A stretch of 64,000 nucleotides of DNA from the NCBI GenBank assembly GCA_965178125.1, contig OZ237757.1, positions 186,001 to 250,000 on the forward strand, read 5' to 3'. This DNA comes from Bilabrum cf. latius (Eukaryota). A program made the translations under genes and the position numbers. The stretch's first letter is position 1, and each line of letters starts with the position of its first letter. This document shows, in pieces, positions 37,221 to 49,634 of the stretch. A model generated the notes under the pieces. The model saw only the letters and a list, made by a program, of their open reading frames with translations. It had not been told where the DNA came from and did no database searches.

Positions 37221-40200
37221 ATGCCAACCCGTTCGCGGGCAAAAGCAAAACAATCATTAGATGTTGGTGATACCACAGCGGGTCCTGCTACAGGCGGGGC
37301 CTCTGGTATTTCCAAGGATCCTTCGGCTGCGACCGCAGGTGGGCCAAGCCGAGAAGACAACATCTAGGTCCTATGCAGGATTCGCCCGCTCAACTCTCGT
37401 GAAAAGGAAGCAAGTAGCTCCGAAATAATCGAAACAGAGGGACAAAGCACGATTGTGGTGCAAACAGAGCCCCCGAAGCGGTTTCACTTCGATCATGCAG
37501 TCGGAGTAGACACAACGCAGGAACATATCTTCGATCGAGTTGGCAGGCCAATCACGGATTCTTGTCTGAGGGGATACAACGGCACAATATTTGCCTACGG
37601 CCAAACTGGATCCGGGAAAACATTCACCGTGATCGGCGCGTCCAATCCGAGCACGAGCGCAGCTTCGGGAGCGGGCGGCGACGGCGCAGTTTCGTAGCCT
37701 GTACCAGACGCGGACTCGCCGCTCCGTGGTTTGCTTCCACGCGTACTGGAGTACTTGTTCAGCCACATCGAGGCGGAGCGGCAGGCGGGCACGCACCTCA
37801 CGGGCGTTTCGGCAGCGGAGCAGCGGCAGCAGCAGGACGATGAAGAGGAAGACGAGGACGGCGCAGAGACGCCCGCTGGCAAGGAGGGCGGCGCTCGGAG
37901 ATCTGTCACGGGTGGTTCAAGTACTATCGATGGCAGCAAGACGCCCGGGGCGAAGGGGGCCGCTGCTGGCGGCGTGCGGGGGTCCTCCGTGGTGGAGTAC
38001 GTGACCAAGTGCAGCTTCTTGGAGATCTACAACGAAAAGATATTCGACCTGCTGGACGCGGACACGTCCACGGCGCTGGGTCTTAGGGTGAACCGAGAGA
38101 AGGGCGTGTTTGTGGAGGGGCTGACGGAGGCGCCCGTGGCCACCGCAGCCTAGGCAGCGGAGTGCATGGCTCGTGGCAGCCGCAACCGGACGGTGGGATC
38201 TACCCTCATGAACAGAGAGAGCAGCAGATCTCATTCCGTGTTCACGCTCATCATAGAGAGGAGAGAGACCATCCAGATCGGGGGGAGTGCGGGGGCTGGG
38301 TCATCGTAGGGCAAGGGCCGGGCGGGGGCTGGCACGGGCAAGGCAGCATCCAAAGGGGCGGCAGCAGCTGGAGCCAAGAAGCGGAGGGCAAGCGTGGCGG
38401 GGGGTCGAGGGGGAAAGCGCAGGATGTCCGTGGCCGGGGGCAAGGGCCCGGCAGGATCTTCCTCTTCCTCTACGTCCTCAGGCGCCACCACTCTGGTCCG
38501 ATCCAGGCGGGCCCGTTTCCACCTAATCGACCTGGCGGGGAGCGAGAGGCAGTCCAGAACGGGGGCGTCGGGTGACAGGCTGGTGGAGGCTGGCAACATC
38601 AACAAGAGCCTCAGTGCGCTGGGTAACGTGATCCATGCCCTCGTCACACGGGCCCAGGGCAAGAGCGCCCACGTGGCCTACCGCGACTCCAAGCTGACGC
38701 ACCTCCTAAAAGACTCGCTCGGGGGGAACAGCAAGACCGTCCTGGTGGCAGCCGTGTCTCCCGCCGACGACAGCTTGGGGGAGACTCTGTCCACCCTTAA
38801 TTTCGCGGCGAGGGCCAAGCAGGTGAGGAACAGGGCCCTCGTGAACGAGGACACCAAGGGCACGGTTGTGGAGTTGCAGAAAGAGGTGAGGAAACTCAGG
38901 GCTCAGCTGTAGGCTGCACGGGCCGGCATCGCGGTCATGCCTCCAGCGGGTGTTGCCAAGGCAGGAGCAGGAGGGGCTGCCGGAGCGGGGGCGTCTGCGA
39001 TCGGCGCGGGGACGGGCGCGTGGGCTTCCTTGGTTCGTCTCCATCACGTGGAAGGGGCGATCCGGAGGGCCGTGGGTGCCCAGCAAGGGGCCGGTCCCGT
39101 GTCCATCCCGGCTGCCGTGGCCGCGTCACTCCTGGCTGCTATCAGCGAGGGCGAGGGCGAGGGCGAGGGCGGCGGGCAAGGGACGGAATCAATCGGTGGA
39201 GCGGAGGGTGCGAGTGCCGAGTCGGCGGCATGGAATGCGCTGCAGCGGGCGGCCAGCTGGGCGAGCGCCGCTCCCGAGACCAAACCAGCATAGGACAAGG
39301 GCGGGAAAAAGGGCAAGCAAGCGATTGCTGACGGCGGCTCGCAGCAGCAGCAGGACAGGCGCGGTGCCTGCGTCCTCGCCGCGTTTGCTTCCATCGCAGA
39401 CGCATTCGCATCCAACGAAAAGAAATGGGCAGGTGCGGCTACGAGATTGCAGCAGCTGGAGGACATCCGCAGTGCGGCGGCCATGCATGCCAAGGATGCC
39501 CAACAGGCGAGGAGCGCGCTTGCCGAGGCCGTGCAGAGCTACTAGTCCCTCTGGAAGGCGCAGCAGGCCAGGTCTGAGAAGCTGCAGGATGCAGTGAGGC
39601 AGGCTTGGAGCAGCAGCCGAGGCTAGGATCAGGACCAGGAGAGCAAAGAGAACGAGGACAAAGGTCAGAATGCTGCAGCCGGGTCGCTGCACGTGCCCAC
39701 CTTTGAGCCGTGGGTGGGAGTGGTGTGTGGAGGAAGCGACGAGTGTGGCACGGGACAGGACGGAGAGAGCAAGCAAAGCGACGGTCCTGCTGCTGCTCCC
39801 GCTGGAGAGCCGGACATGATCCGGAGGCTGGAGGCAGCCAGACGGGAGGTGACTGCGCTGAGGCAGGCCCTGCGAGCCACGCGCATGGCGGCAGGCGGTT
39901 CTGGGGGCAGCAGTAGTACGGGCAACAGCCCTGTATCTAGCCCCGCCCGCGTCCCGCCATCCGCTGCTGGTGGTGACGGCGACGTCATCGACGACGTGCT
40001 GGGCGAGGACAGGGTCGGCACGGAGGCGTACATTGCCAACCTCGAGGCTGGGCTTGCCTCGGCCTCTCACGAGCGCACCGTGCTGCAGGCTGCGCTCCAG
40101 CAGGCGCTGCGGGCGGCCGGACTGGCGGGTGAGGCCGAGGAGGGCGGCAGCGTGCAGGCTGTCTCCGCTTCAGAGGTGGCCAAAGCGGTGCAATCGGCCG

Positions 40201-43200
40201 CGCACGATGCCTCCAAGAGCATCCAGAAGGCCGCTCAGGAAGGCAGGCAGGATGCAGCTGCTGTCGGTCCTGGAGCCGACACTGTCGGCGGAAGCAGCAT
40301 GTCTCCCACGGAAGAGGCAACCCTCCGGCGAGAGGTGGCCACCCTGCGCGCATCCCTGAAACGGCAGTCGGCCAGGGAGGCAGAGGCACGAGACGAAGCA
40401 GACGCGCTGCGATCCAGGAACGGTTCGCTCGAGGCGGCCCGGCTGCGGCTGCAGAGGGAAGTTTCCCTCGCGAGGTAGGAGGGGACGGCCGAGGCAGTGG
40501 AGGCCAAGGCGGAGGCGAGACGCGCGCTGGAGGACGAGACGGCGCGGCTGGAGGAGCTCCTGGAGCAGTCGAGGAAGGAGGCGGCTGGCAGCCGCAGGGA
40601 GCTGCAAGCAGCCAGGGAGGGCGCTGCCGAGACCGCCGAGCAGCTATCCAAGGCGACGCATTCCCTGGAGGCAGAGAAGGAGCGCGCGACCGCCGCAGAG
40701 TCCCGTGGCGACGAGGCCCGAGCCGAGGCGGAGGGGCTCCGCGAGGAGCTCGATGCGCTCACCAAGCAGCTGAAGTAGGCCGAAGCCGAGTCGAGCGAAT
40801 CGGGCGAGGCTGCTGCCAAGCTGCAGAAGGACGTCGCCAAGTACAAGAAAGAGGCGCACAAGCAGAAGCGTCGCGCGCAGCAGGCCGAGTTTCAGTTCAA
40901 CGGGATGGAAGAAGACCTCGATTCGCTGCAGACGCAGGTCAGGTTCCAAGTCAGCGCCAAGCGCAAGGCCGACGCGGAGCTGGCAGGGGCCAAGAAGGCG
41001 CTGGAGGACGCCAAGGGGGCGCTTGAGGTGGCGGTTTCCAGGGAACAAGCGGCCCTGGAGAAGGCCAAGGAGCTGGAGCAGCAGGCGGAGAGCGGCATGT
41101 CAGAGATCGCGAGGCTCAGGGGGCTGGAAGCCGAGAGGGACTCTGCCAGGGCGGCGGCAGAGGCGGAGGGACAGGCGCGCAAGAGGGCAGAGTAGGACGC
41201 ATCCGCGGCCAAGATCGCGCTGGCGCGAGCAGAGGCGGCGAGGGACGCCTCCAAAGAAGAGGCAGGCGCCCAGCAGGCCGCCCTCCTCGACATGCAGGCA
41301 CAGCTGGCCAGGGGAAAGGAGGCGCTCGAGGAGGCAAGGCAGGAGGGAGCACAGGCTGTGCAAGAGGCGGAGGAGACGCGGGGCAAGCTGGCGGAAGCGG
41401 TGGCGCAGGCTGCGGCGCTCAGGCTCCAGCTGGAAGAGGCGCGCAACGACTCGGAGGTAGCGGCCAGCAAGCGCGAGAAGGATGCCAACGAGGCCGAAGC
41501 CGTGCTGCAGGCCACCCGCGCCGAGGCAGGGGAGTCCCACAGGCGGCTGGGCGAGGTCTCTAGCGCCCTGGAGGCCCTGACCGCCGACCTTGAGGCTGCC
41601 AGGAGGGCGAGGGACGCGGCGGAGAGCGAGTCTGCCGACCAGAGGGCAAGGGCGGACGGGCTCGAGCAGACGCTGGGCCTCGAGAGGCGCGCCACGACCG
41701 CGGCCAGGGAGGATCTGCAGGCCGCGGAGGAGGCAGCGGATAGGCAGGAGAAGGCGTCGAGGGCTGAGATCGAGGAGCTGAGCGGGAGGCTGGACGCCGC
41801 GGAGCGCCGTGTGTCTGTCCTTGAGGCCGAGCTCGAGTCCGCGGACGAGCGCGGTGAGGGTCTGCAGGCCAAGCTCAAACAGATGGAGAGGGCGGTGGCG
41901 GGGCTGGGGAACAGCGGCAGCCTCGGAGACGGGCTGGAGGATGAGGGTGATGAAGGCATCTTCGAGGATGAGGAACAGCAGGGCGGTGCGGCGGCCGGGG
42001 AGGGCGCGCCGGGGCGGGGCCTGGAGGCGGTGGTGGGTGTCAAGCACCTGCTGGAGGAGAAAGAAAAGGCCTTGCGAGAGGCGCGTGAGGCCGCCGCCAC
42101 AGAAAGTGCCAGGGCGGGCGAGGCCGAGGCAGCTCTGGAGGACCTGCGGGAGGACATGGCGGAGAGCGCAGAGGCGGCGGGGCAGATGGCCCTGGACCTC
42201 AAGGAGGCAAGGGAGAGGGGAGACTCGCTCGACTCCAAGGTCAGGGAGCTCGAGGGGCAGCTAGCAGAGGCAAGGGAGCGGGCGAGCGGGCTGGCGCGGG
42301 ACCTGGAGCGAGCAGAGCAGCGGGCGGCGGAGGCGGGCGGTGCGGAGGGACGGTTCGGCGCCCTGCTGACCCAGCTGGAGAGGAGGCTCGCAGACAGCAA
42401 GCAGGAGCTTGCCGAAGCGCAGGCCGAGCTGTCGGAGGCCAAGGGCAGCCGGGACGCGTTGGGCGAGGAGAAGCAGCGGCTTGTTGCGAGGGTGGAGGCC
42501 CTGGAGGCGGCAAGCAGGGCGAGGGCGCATGCCGCGGCGGCCTCAGAGGCGGCGGCCGATGGGCCGGGCGGTAGCGGTGCAAGTGGGCACACTACCGAGT
42601 CTGGTGCCCACAGGAACGGTTCCGACAGCCCCACCGGCGGCAGCAGGGCGGCGCGTGCCGAGGCCGAGGCGGCGGAGGCCGCGCTGGCCAGGACCAGAGA
42701 GCTCCTAGAGGCCGCGCAGGCCAGTGCCGGGGAGGCCAAGGAGGAGCTAGAACGGAGCAAGAGCGACGCAGAGGCGCGGGACAAGGCCCATGCGAGAGAC
42801 AGGGCGGCTGCAGCCTTGGCGATTGGCGCGGTGAGCGAGCTGTCCCGGTGCGTGGTGGACCTCAAGAACAGGCTCGAGGAGGCCGAGGCAGAGAGCCAGG
42901 CCAAGAAGCGGGCTGCCTCTCTGATGCGAGCCAAGGCAAAGGCAAAGGACCTGGCGCAGCAGCTCAAGGCCAAGGAGGCCGAGGCAGACGCGTGGGCGCT
43001 TCTCGTCTCTGAGAAGGAGCCAGCGACAACAGCCACGTCCGGGAGCGAAGCTGCCAGCCAAACCACTGTGGCGCCGCCTGCGCTGCCCGAGGGCATCAAG
43101 GAGTCAGCTGCCGAGGGAGTGGGCGCAACGGGTGCAGCGTCTGATGCTGCGGCCTGTGGAGCCAGCGAATCCGACGCATTGGCGCAGGCCCAGAGCCATG

Positions 43201-43946
43201 CCAGGCACCTGCGTGAGCTGGCTCGGGCCGGCTAGCTCGCCAGGGAACAGGCTCTCCGCGCTGAGGCCCTGCTGTTTGCCCTGCTTGGAGAGCAGCGAGC
43301 ACGCCTGGACAAGCAGGCCAAGGCCGAGAAGAGATCTGGCGGCGTTGGCTTGGACGGTGCGTGGTCGGGTGCAGCTGGCGGGCGACGGCTCAGCGGCGGA
43401 GGGTATCCCCAAGGGGACGCTGCGTCGGGCATCGGGGCATTCAGCGAGGTTTCCGCTGCAGTGGAGATGGCAAAGGACGGGCAGCTCCCTGCAGAGTGCC
43501 CTAGCCTGGTGCAGCTCGTGAGCTCTGGGTCGGAGGACGGCGTGGCCGCAGCGCTGAAGCGCGGTGCGGCGAGCCACGGTGGTAGGGCTGGCGGGTGTGC
43601 CGGAGACCAGACAAACGGTGCGGATCTCGATGCGGTTGTGGCCGGCGTGTCTGCTTGCGTGCGGCTGGGTGGCCCGTGGCTGGCCCCTGGGCCCAAGGAG
43701 CAGATAGTGCAAGGCGATGGGAAGGACGAGCGGTCAGTGCCTTGTAGTCCTGCGGCTGCTGCGGGGAGCGCGTGCACCCCTGCCAAGGGCAAAGGCAATA
43801 AGGGTGCATCCAGGCATGCTGCCCTACGAGGGCTCCAGAGTCCTCTGTCCCCTCTGCGGTCTGCGGTCAGGCAAGCGACCAGGGACGCAAAGGCAGCAGC
43901 CCGAGCTGGAAGTGATGATGCCGTTGCGTAGGACTTGGGGTTGTGA
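37221..43946 (+). CDS. Kinesin, kinesin-12/KIF15-like: N-terminal motor and long coiled-coil tail, ~2,241 aa (TAG read as Gln)
   Basis: Motifs DNI[TAG]VLCRIRP, AYGQTGSGKTFT (P-loop), SFLEIYNE, MNRESSRSH (switch I), LIDLAGSER (switch II), NINKSLSALGNVI, YRDSKLTHLLKDSLGGNSKT and neck ALVNED, all in one frame with about 13 TAGs. Ends at TGA 43944-43946. The subfamily assignment is by eye only. Confidence 0.92.
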
Positions 43947-44180
43947 CTGACAACATGGACATGGTCGCATGGTGGGAAGGGTAGATCTAGCTGCCCGTAG
44001 ATCCATGGATGGTCGGAACCCTGGCCCGTAATGGTGGCAAAACAAGGTTCATTCATGCGGCTGCTCGTCTAAACTCTTACAAAAATCGCACTAGATTCTA
44101 TCACTTTTGGAAATCCCTTCACCAGATTCACCAGATCCCGGTTGGGCTCGCCAAAGCCCGGCGGAACAATTAGGCCTAGG

Positions 44181-47100
44181 TCACATGCCCAGCTGCTGTG
44201 CCCTGAACTCGATGGCCTGCACGATCGAGGAAACCACTACGAAGATGACCACGAGCATGAAGTCGGCCTTCAGGGCAGGCCACTTCTGGTAAGGGTCCGG
44301 CACCTTGTCTTCGTTCTCCTGTTTTGCACGCTGCAGCTGCCTCTCCCTGCGGTGTTTGCGCCTTCGCCGTCGACTCGTCTCGTTTGATCCGGGCTGCGAG
44401 TTGGTTCTGCCTGCCGGTGCGGGTGATAGCTGCCGGCTGCCTTTGCGATGCCTGCCGGTCGCGTATGCACCCGCGCTAGCATCATGTGACCCCTCCCAAG
44501 CGCTGCCCCCATGGCCCGCTCGTCGCGACTGGCTTGGGCTCGGGGCCGGTGACATCAAAGAATCGCCCACGGCAAATGCAGCATCAGATACAAAGTCAAA
44601 CCGTTTACCACCTCCGCGAGTGCTGCTTTTGGGTGTGCCAAAATCGAAGGTAAACTACCGCCCTGACCTCCCGTTCAGCCCCCGCTGCCCGTGCTTCGGA
44701 GTGTCGAGGCCCAGCACGCCCTCCATACCCTCTGTTTTGAGGGCTCGCATGATCGCCACTGTAGATCCCGAGGCACGTCTTGACATAGCCTAGGATGACT
44801 CGGAGCCTGTAGCTGCCGACCCACTTGAGCTAGGCCTACCACCGCCTGCGCTCTGCTCGCCAGTATCACTCAAATTGCTGCCTTGTGAGATGCTTCGGCG
44901 GTCTGACATGTCGCTCACCTGCAGCGCCATGGCCCGCCCCAGGATGGGATCCACGCGGTTTGAGTTACCCCACCCCTAGTTCCGACCTCCACCTCCACCA
45001 TAGCCATCATCAGCGCCACCGCTTTCTATGTCAGACTCTGCGGCACGATATCTGCGGTTTCGAGACACTCTTCGGCCAGTCGCTTCGTGCTCGTGATCAA
45101 TCCCATCGTAGCCAGGAGCAAGAATGGACCGCATTCCATCGGTATTCTCCAGTCCCGCTTGGCTGTCAGAACTGTTGAATGCACCCGGGGGCTCATGCTT
45201 GTGCATTGTGAGGAGTGTGGCGTCTGCAGGCATTTCGCCAGACATGGTCTTTGACAGGGAGCGCACCTCGCGCTGCTGCTGCTGCTGCTGCGCGAAATCG
45301 TCGCTGTTCGAGGAGGGCAAGTTCGCTGCGGGCTCGTCCGTGTCACGCCTGTGCTTCTTCCGCGTCCTGGATACATCGGACGCAGACCGAGGCCTGACTT
45401 TCCGGCCGGATGGTCTTCGCTTTCTCCAACCGATCGATGCACGCTTCGTGTTCTTCATGGCGGCGACCTGGGGCTCTTGATTGAGGTTGTAGTCCTTCTC
45501 CGGTGGACTCTCCTCGTCCTTCTCACGGCCCGAATGGTCGCGCGGGGTCGGCTCAAGCCCGGCCCCGCCACCTTCACCCGCATGGTCTGCTGCATCTATA
45601 TGGGCGCTATTGTCCCCTCCCTCGCTGCCTTCGAATCGAGACCCTTGAAGTTGCGCCACGGTGTCACTAATGGCTTCATCAGCGGCATCGTCCGCAATGC
45701 CATCTCCCAAGAAAGACAGGTCCCCCTCCTTGAAGCTCTCCGCGCTCGCACTATAGTTCCCGGTGCCTTTCGAGGCGCTCTAGCCCGCCTGCAATATGAA
45801 CTGGTCAATCCTGCGCACGTGGATAGAGCTCTTCTTTCGCATGATCCGCCGCATCTGCTCCTCATCGGACAGTTGGGAGCCGTTCGTGCTGCCAATGTCG
45901 GGAATGGCTGACCCGGTGAGTAGCCTCTGAGATGTGGTGGATGCATCCCTCTCACGGGTAGTGGCATCCATCGGATGCTGCATGCCAGTGTCTGGCACCT
46001 ACCTCGTACCATCGCTCGCCTTCCCGCCAGACGTATCGGCTGCTGCAGTGCCCGCGCGGAGCGACTGTGAGATGCTATCTCTACCAACGGACCCGTGGAC
46101 TGAACCCCTGGCCACAGGAATCAGCAGGTTTTGCTGCTGCATGCGGCGCTCAGCAGCTCTTTTGGCCAACCCAGAAAACCGAACAAGGGCACGGATCGTA
46201 TGACTAATGAGACGATGCCTCGCTCCAGCTAGCCTAGCTCTTGCTTGTGCAGTGGCCAACCAACCCGCCAGGCCGGTCACGATCGTCACCACGCCAAATC
46301 CTAGTCCGAACAGAACCGAGTTGATGCTGCCAGCGGGAACTCCCCATTCCTGCAGCCTGCTCCGCGCAAAACCAGCGCCCGCCGACTGCGAGTCCACGTC
46401 TGCCGATAGCACCCTCACCTTCACCCAACCCAGCGCAAATCCGGCTTCCTCGCCGAAGAACGCCATCAGCACGCAAAGAGTTGCAAACACCTCCGCTAGC
46501 ACGGCCCGATGCACCCTCCTAGACTTTCGCCTGCTCTTCCACACTGGGTCTGTCGGCCACCTAAGCGCCCAGCACCGCAAGCCGCTCAGCTGGCACGCCC
46601 TGAACAAGCTGTGGTGCAGCTCCGGCTCGATGACGAGGATCCTGGCCGCCTTAAAGGTGAGTGTGAACAGGAAGGTGAGCGAGAACGGGTCCAGCTGCAC
46701 GAACACCACGGCCATGAATACGCGGATGCAGAAAGAGTAGAAGAAGACCATGGTGTCCCGCGCTTTTGGATGCACCGTGTGAGCCTCGGACAGCACCTGC
46801 CACGCCAGCCTGGTCACCTCCATCATCCCGAACACGATCAGGAGCGCGACGATCTGGACGTACTGATTGTTCCTGGTTGCAACCACAGCGAGGAACATGA
46901 TTTCTCCGAGTGCAGGGGCAAGGATATCGATGAGCACGGTAATCATAATCGTGGGGCCGGGGTCGAGCCGCCGCCTCCCCGTCTCCCTGAGGCACTGGTC
47001 CCACAGAATGGCGCCCATCAGCAGAACTGGTCCTGCTCCTGCAAGCAGCTGCACGGCCCCTTCAACACCGGACTGCAACATGATCTGACCGAGTGGAATG

Positions 47101-49397
47101 CTTAGCCCGAACAGCACCCCAACGATTGTGAGGAAGCTGGGTGGGCACATCGGGTGCGCGTCGCGCCGAAGGCACGCCTCACACGACCCCGGGTGACCGT
47201 GCTCCGAATACGCTCTGCAGGACACGCAGCATTCGTCACACCCCATGAGAGAACATAGCCTATATCCGCAACAGCAACCCGCTCCTGTACGTCTCGCCCA
47301 CTGCAGCGAAATTACAACGATTTGCGTGGACTTGTGGGACGGGTCTGGCAGTGTCATCGCCGGTGTGGGTGGTTGTGTAGCCATCGCTGGGTTGCTGGGC
47401 CCTGCAAACGTCTTAGGTGGCTCGAGGCAATCGGCTGGGCCGAGCTTATTCCTATGGGTATTGGCCAGGTTTGCCTCGTGATTGCCCGCGCGATTCTTCT
47501 GAACTGCCACTCCCACAGACTCGACCCGGCCCCTCGCAACCGCTGACGTCGTTGTGCCATCTGCGGGCTTTGTAGCACCAGAGCCGCTGGACGACTGAAT
47601 GTCGTCAGTGGATGGAAACTGGTCTACTTGTGCTTGTGGTTCAAGCTCAAGGCCTGGTAGAGCAGGTTTCGGCGGCGATCTCGTGACCTGGACCGGTGGC
47701 AGGGTCGTGTTGGGGACGGCCTGCCCTGTCCGGGCATTCTTCCAGCGGTTGCTGCCACTTGGCGGAAACGAGACGTCAGCAGGGGCAGGTGCTGATACAT
47801 CATAGCCCAGTACGTGAGCCGCGGCCGCATCAGGGGCGCTGATATCTCTCTCTTTGCCCCGCAGCGACCCTCCCAGCATCGAATCAGATACCTCCGTGAA
47901 CGGGACAATGCGTGCCGCGCTGACGCCGCTCTCCTGCGTGCTTGCCCTCCGGGACCCCCCTTGGGATTGCTCTCCCCTCTTGAGATGGACCAAAGGATCC
48001 ATGCCTCGCTAGCTGCTCGCATCGCTACTCATGGTAGATCTTCGAGATATTTGCCCCTCGCCCCGCCCTTGTCCTGGACCCTTGACAGCTGTTGGCGTAA
48101 TGGGGCTTGATTGGCGCGAGCCTCTGCCACCGGTAGCACTGTCCACCATAGGCCTATCTCCGGAGCTCACTTGGCCCAGGGGCTACTCCTGTTTGTCGCC
48201 AGTTTGCGCGATCTCGCCCGACGCAGCACCCGCCTTGTAGGCAGCATCACGAGCACGGTGCCTACTGAAAGTTCTAGTCCCTAGCTGGGAGCCTAGGCCC
48301 AGCATGTCGATGTGCTATACCAACAAATGCACCTTATTTAGGAGGTCCTGCGCTTTGCGGATGCTCGCTGGCAGGCTTGGTCCATGCGGTCGGCCTGCAA
48401 CTGGCTGCATCTGCGCCTGGTTGAAAGCAAGATTCTGAGCCCGCATCATCTCCGATGCCACGCACAGCTCCTCCAAACACACCTCTGATGGAAGCACCAC
48501 GCCCCCGCAGCACCACCACGTCCGCGATGGCACTGCCGCCGGAAGCTGCTGCTCCTCCAAATCGGTGTGGCTGGGCCCGCCCCTGTCCCTTCGGGTGAGG
48601 GCATGCATGGCGGCGGTCAGTGCCGCCGATGCCCCATGCCAACCTTGCTTATCTATGTGGTCAAAAGATAGCATGGGACGCATTGATCGAGGCTATTGCC
48701 GACTTGCGACCACAGGCAAGCAGTCCTTGCCTCGACTTGCAGCAAGCGACGCTAACGGTCGCTCTGATAAGAATCCTTGCCTAGCTAGCTCTAGGGAGGG
48801 TGCAACGCTACCGCCGGCTTCTATTTGATCGCCAACCTATGCCAATAGGTCGCTTGCCTGTATTTGGATGGCTTTCCGTGCTCGAGTGACAAGTCTTGAC
48901 GACGACACACGCCGACGTACAAACCCAAATATGCGACCCCCAAACAGCAACCATGGTACAACAAGCTGCAGGATGGTCAAATTAATCGAAAAAAATGCGA
49001 TTCGCCACCAAAAATACACCTTGAAGCTGGCGAAAGTCTCTTGCGTGACTGAATCCGAATGCAGCGCTGGGGCTTCTAAATTGTACATAAATGCAATTCC
49101 AAGCCGAACAAGCGACATCCCAGAAACAAGAATCCACCAAAATAGTGATCCATACTGTGCCCCCATCGAAGCATGATACCATCGAAACGACTGAACCCAC
49201 TGTGACATAACAGCGATACATGCCCAGTTCAGCCCCCGTAGCTATGTAAGGCTCGTTTCGCCATCACTTGAAGCGCTTGCAGTAATACCTACAATTGCAG
49301 CTACCAAAAGCCCAATATTAAGAGTGAGAATTTGTTCAAGCTACAGCGTAGGCAGTCTACATCCGCAATTAAACAAGGCAGGCTATACTGAAGTCAT
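44181..49397 (-). CDS. Multi-pass membrane protein of unrecognised family, paralog A (~1,738 aa)
   Basis: ORFs 48837-49208, 48315-48683, 45999-48002, 45780-45998, 44976-45710 and 44181-44570 share a frame joined by TAG. ATG 49397, TGA 44181. Colinear homology with paralogs B-D. Confidence 0.8.
48435..48615. repeat. ~180-bp block nearly identical in all four paralogs (other copies ~53619-53799, ~58950-59130, ~62986-63161)
   Basis: Encodes AAMHALTRRDRGGPSHTDLEEQQLPAAVPSRTWWCCGGVxLPSEVCLEELCVASEMMRA; only a few nucleotide differences between copies by eye. Confidence 0.9.
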
Positions 49398-49634
49398 GGC
49401 CTCCACGAAATATCACGCAGCGATAGGTTGATTATTCTAGCGAAGCACTAGATATTGACTAGCAATATTGTGTCCTACCGTGGTAGCTCGCTAAGTGGTG
49501 TGGCAGGCTGGTTTGTATCTATTGCTGTGGGGCCAACGAAACGCGTCGGGGTGGCAGTTGGTGTGACGAAATGCTACTAGGCGTGCATTTATTTGAGAAA
49601 AAGCAAGCAGAAGATAACGATTGACATATCGTTT

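Noticed and set aside
33454-43099. Long minus-strand ORFs (33454-35229, 40892-43099)
   Set aside because: Ser/Ala/Leu-rich antisense shadows of GC-rich coiled-coil coding sequence.
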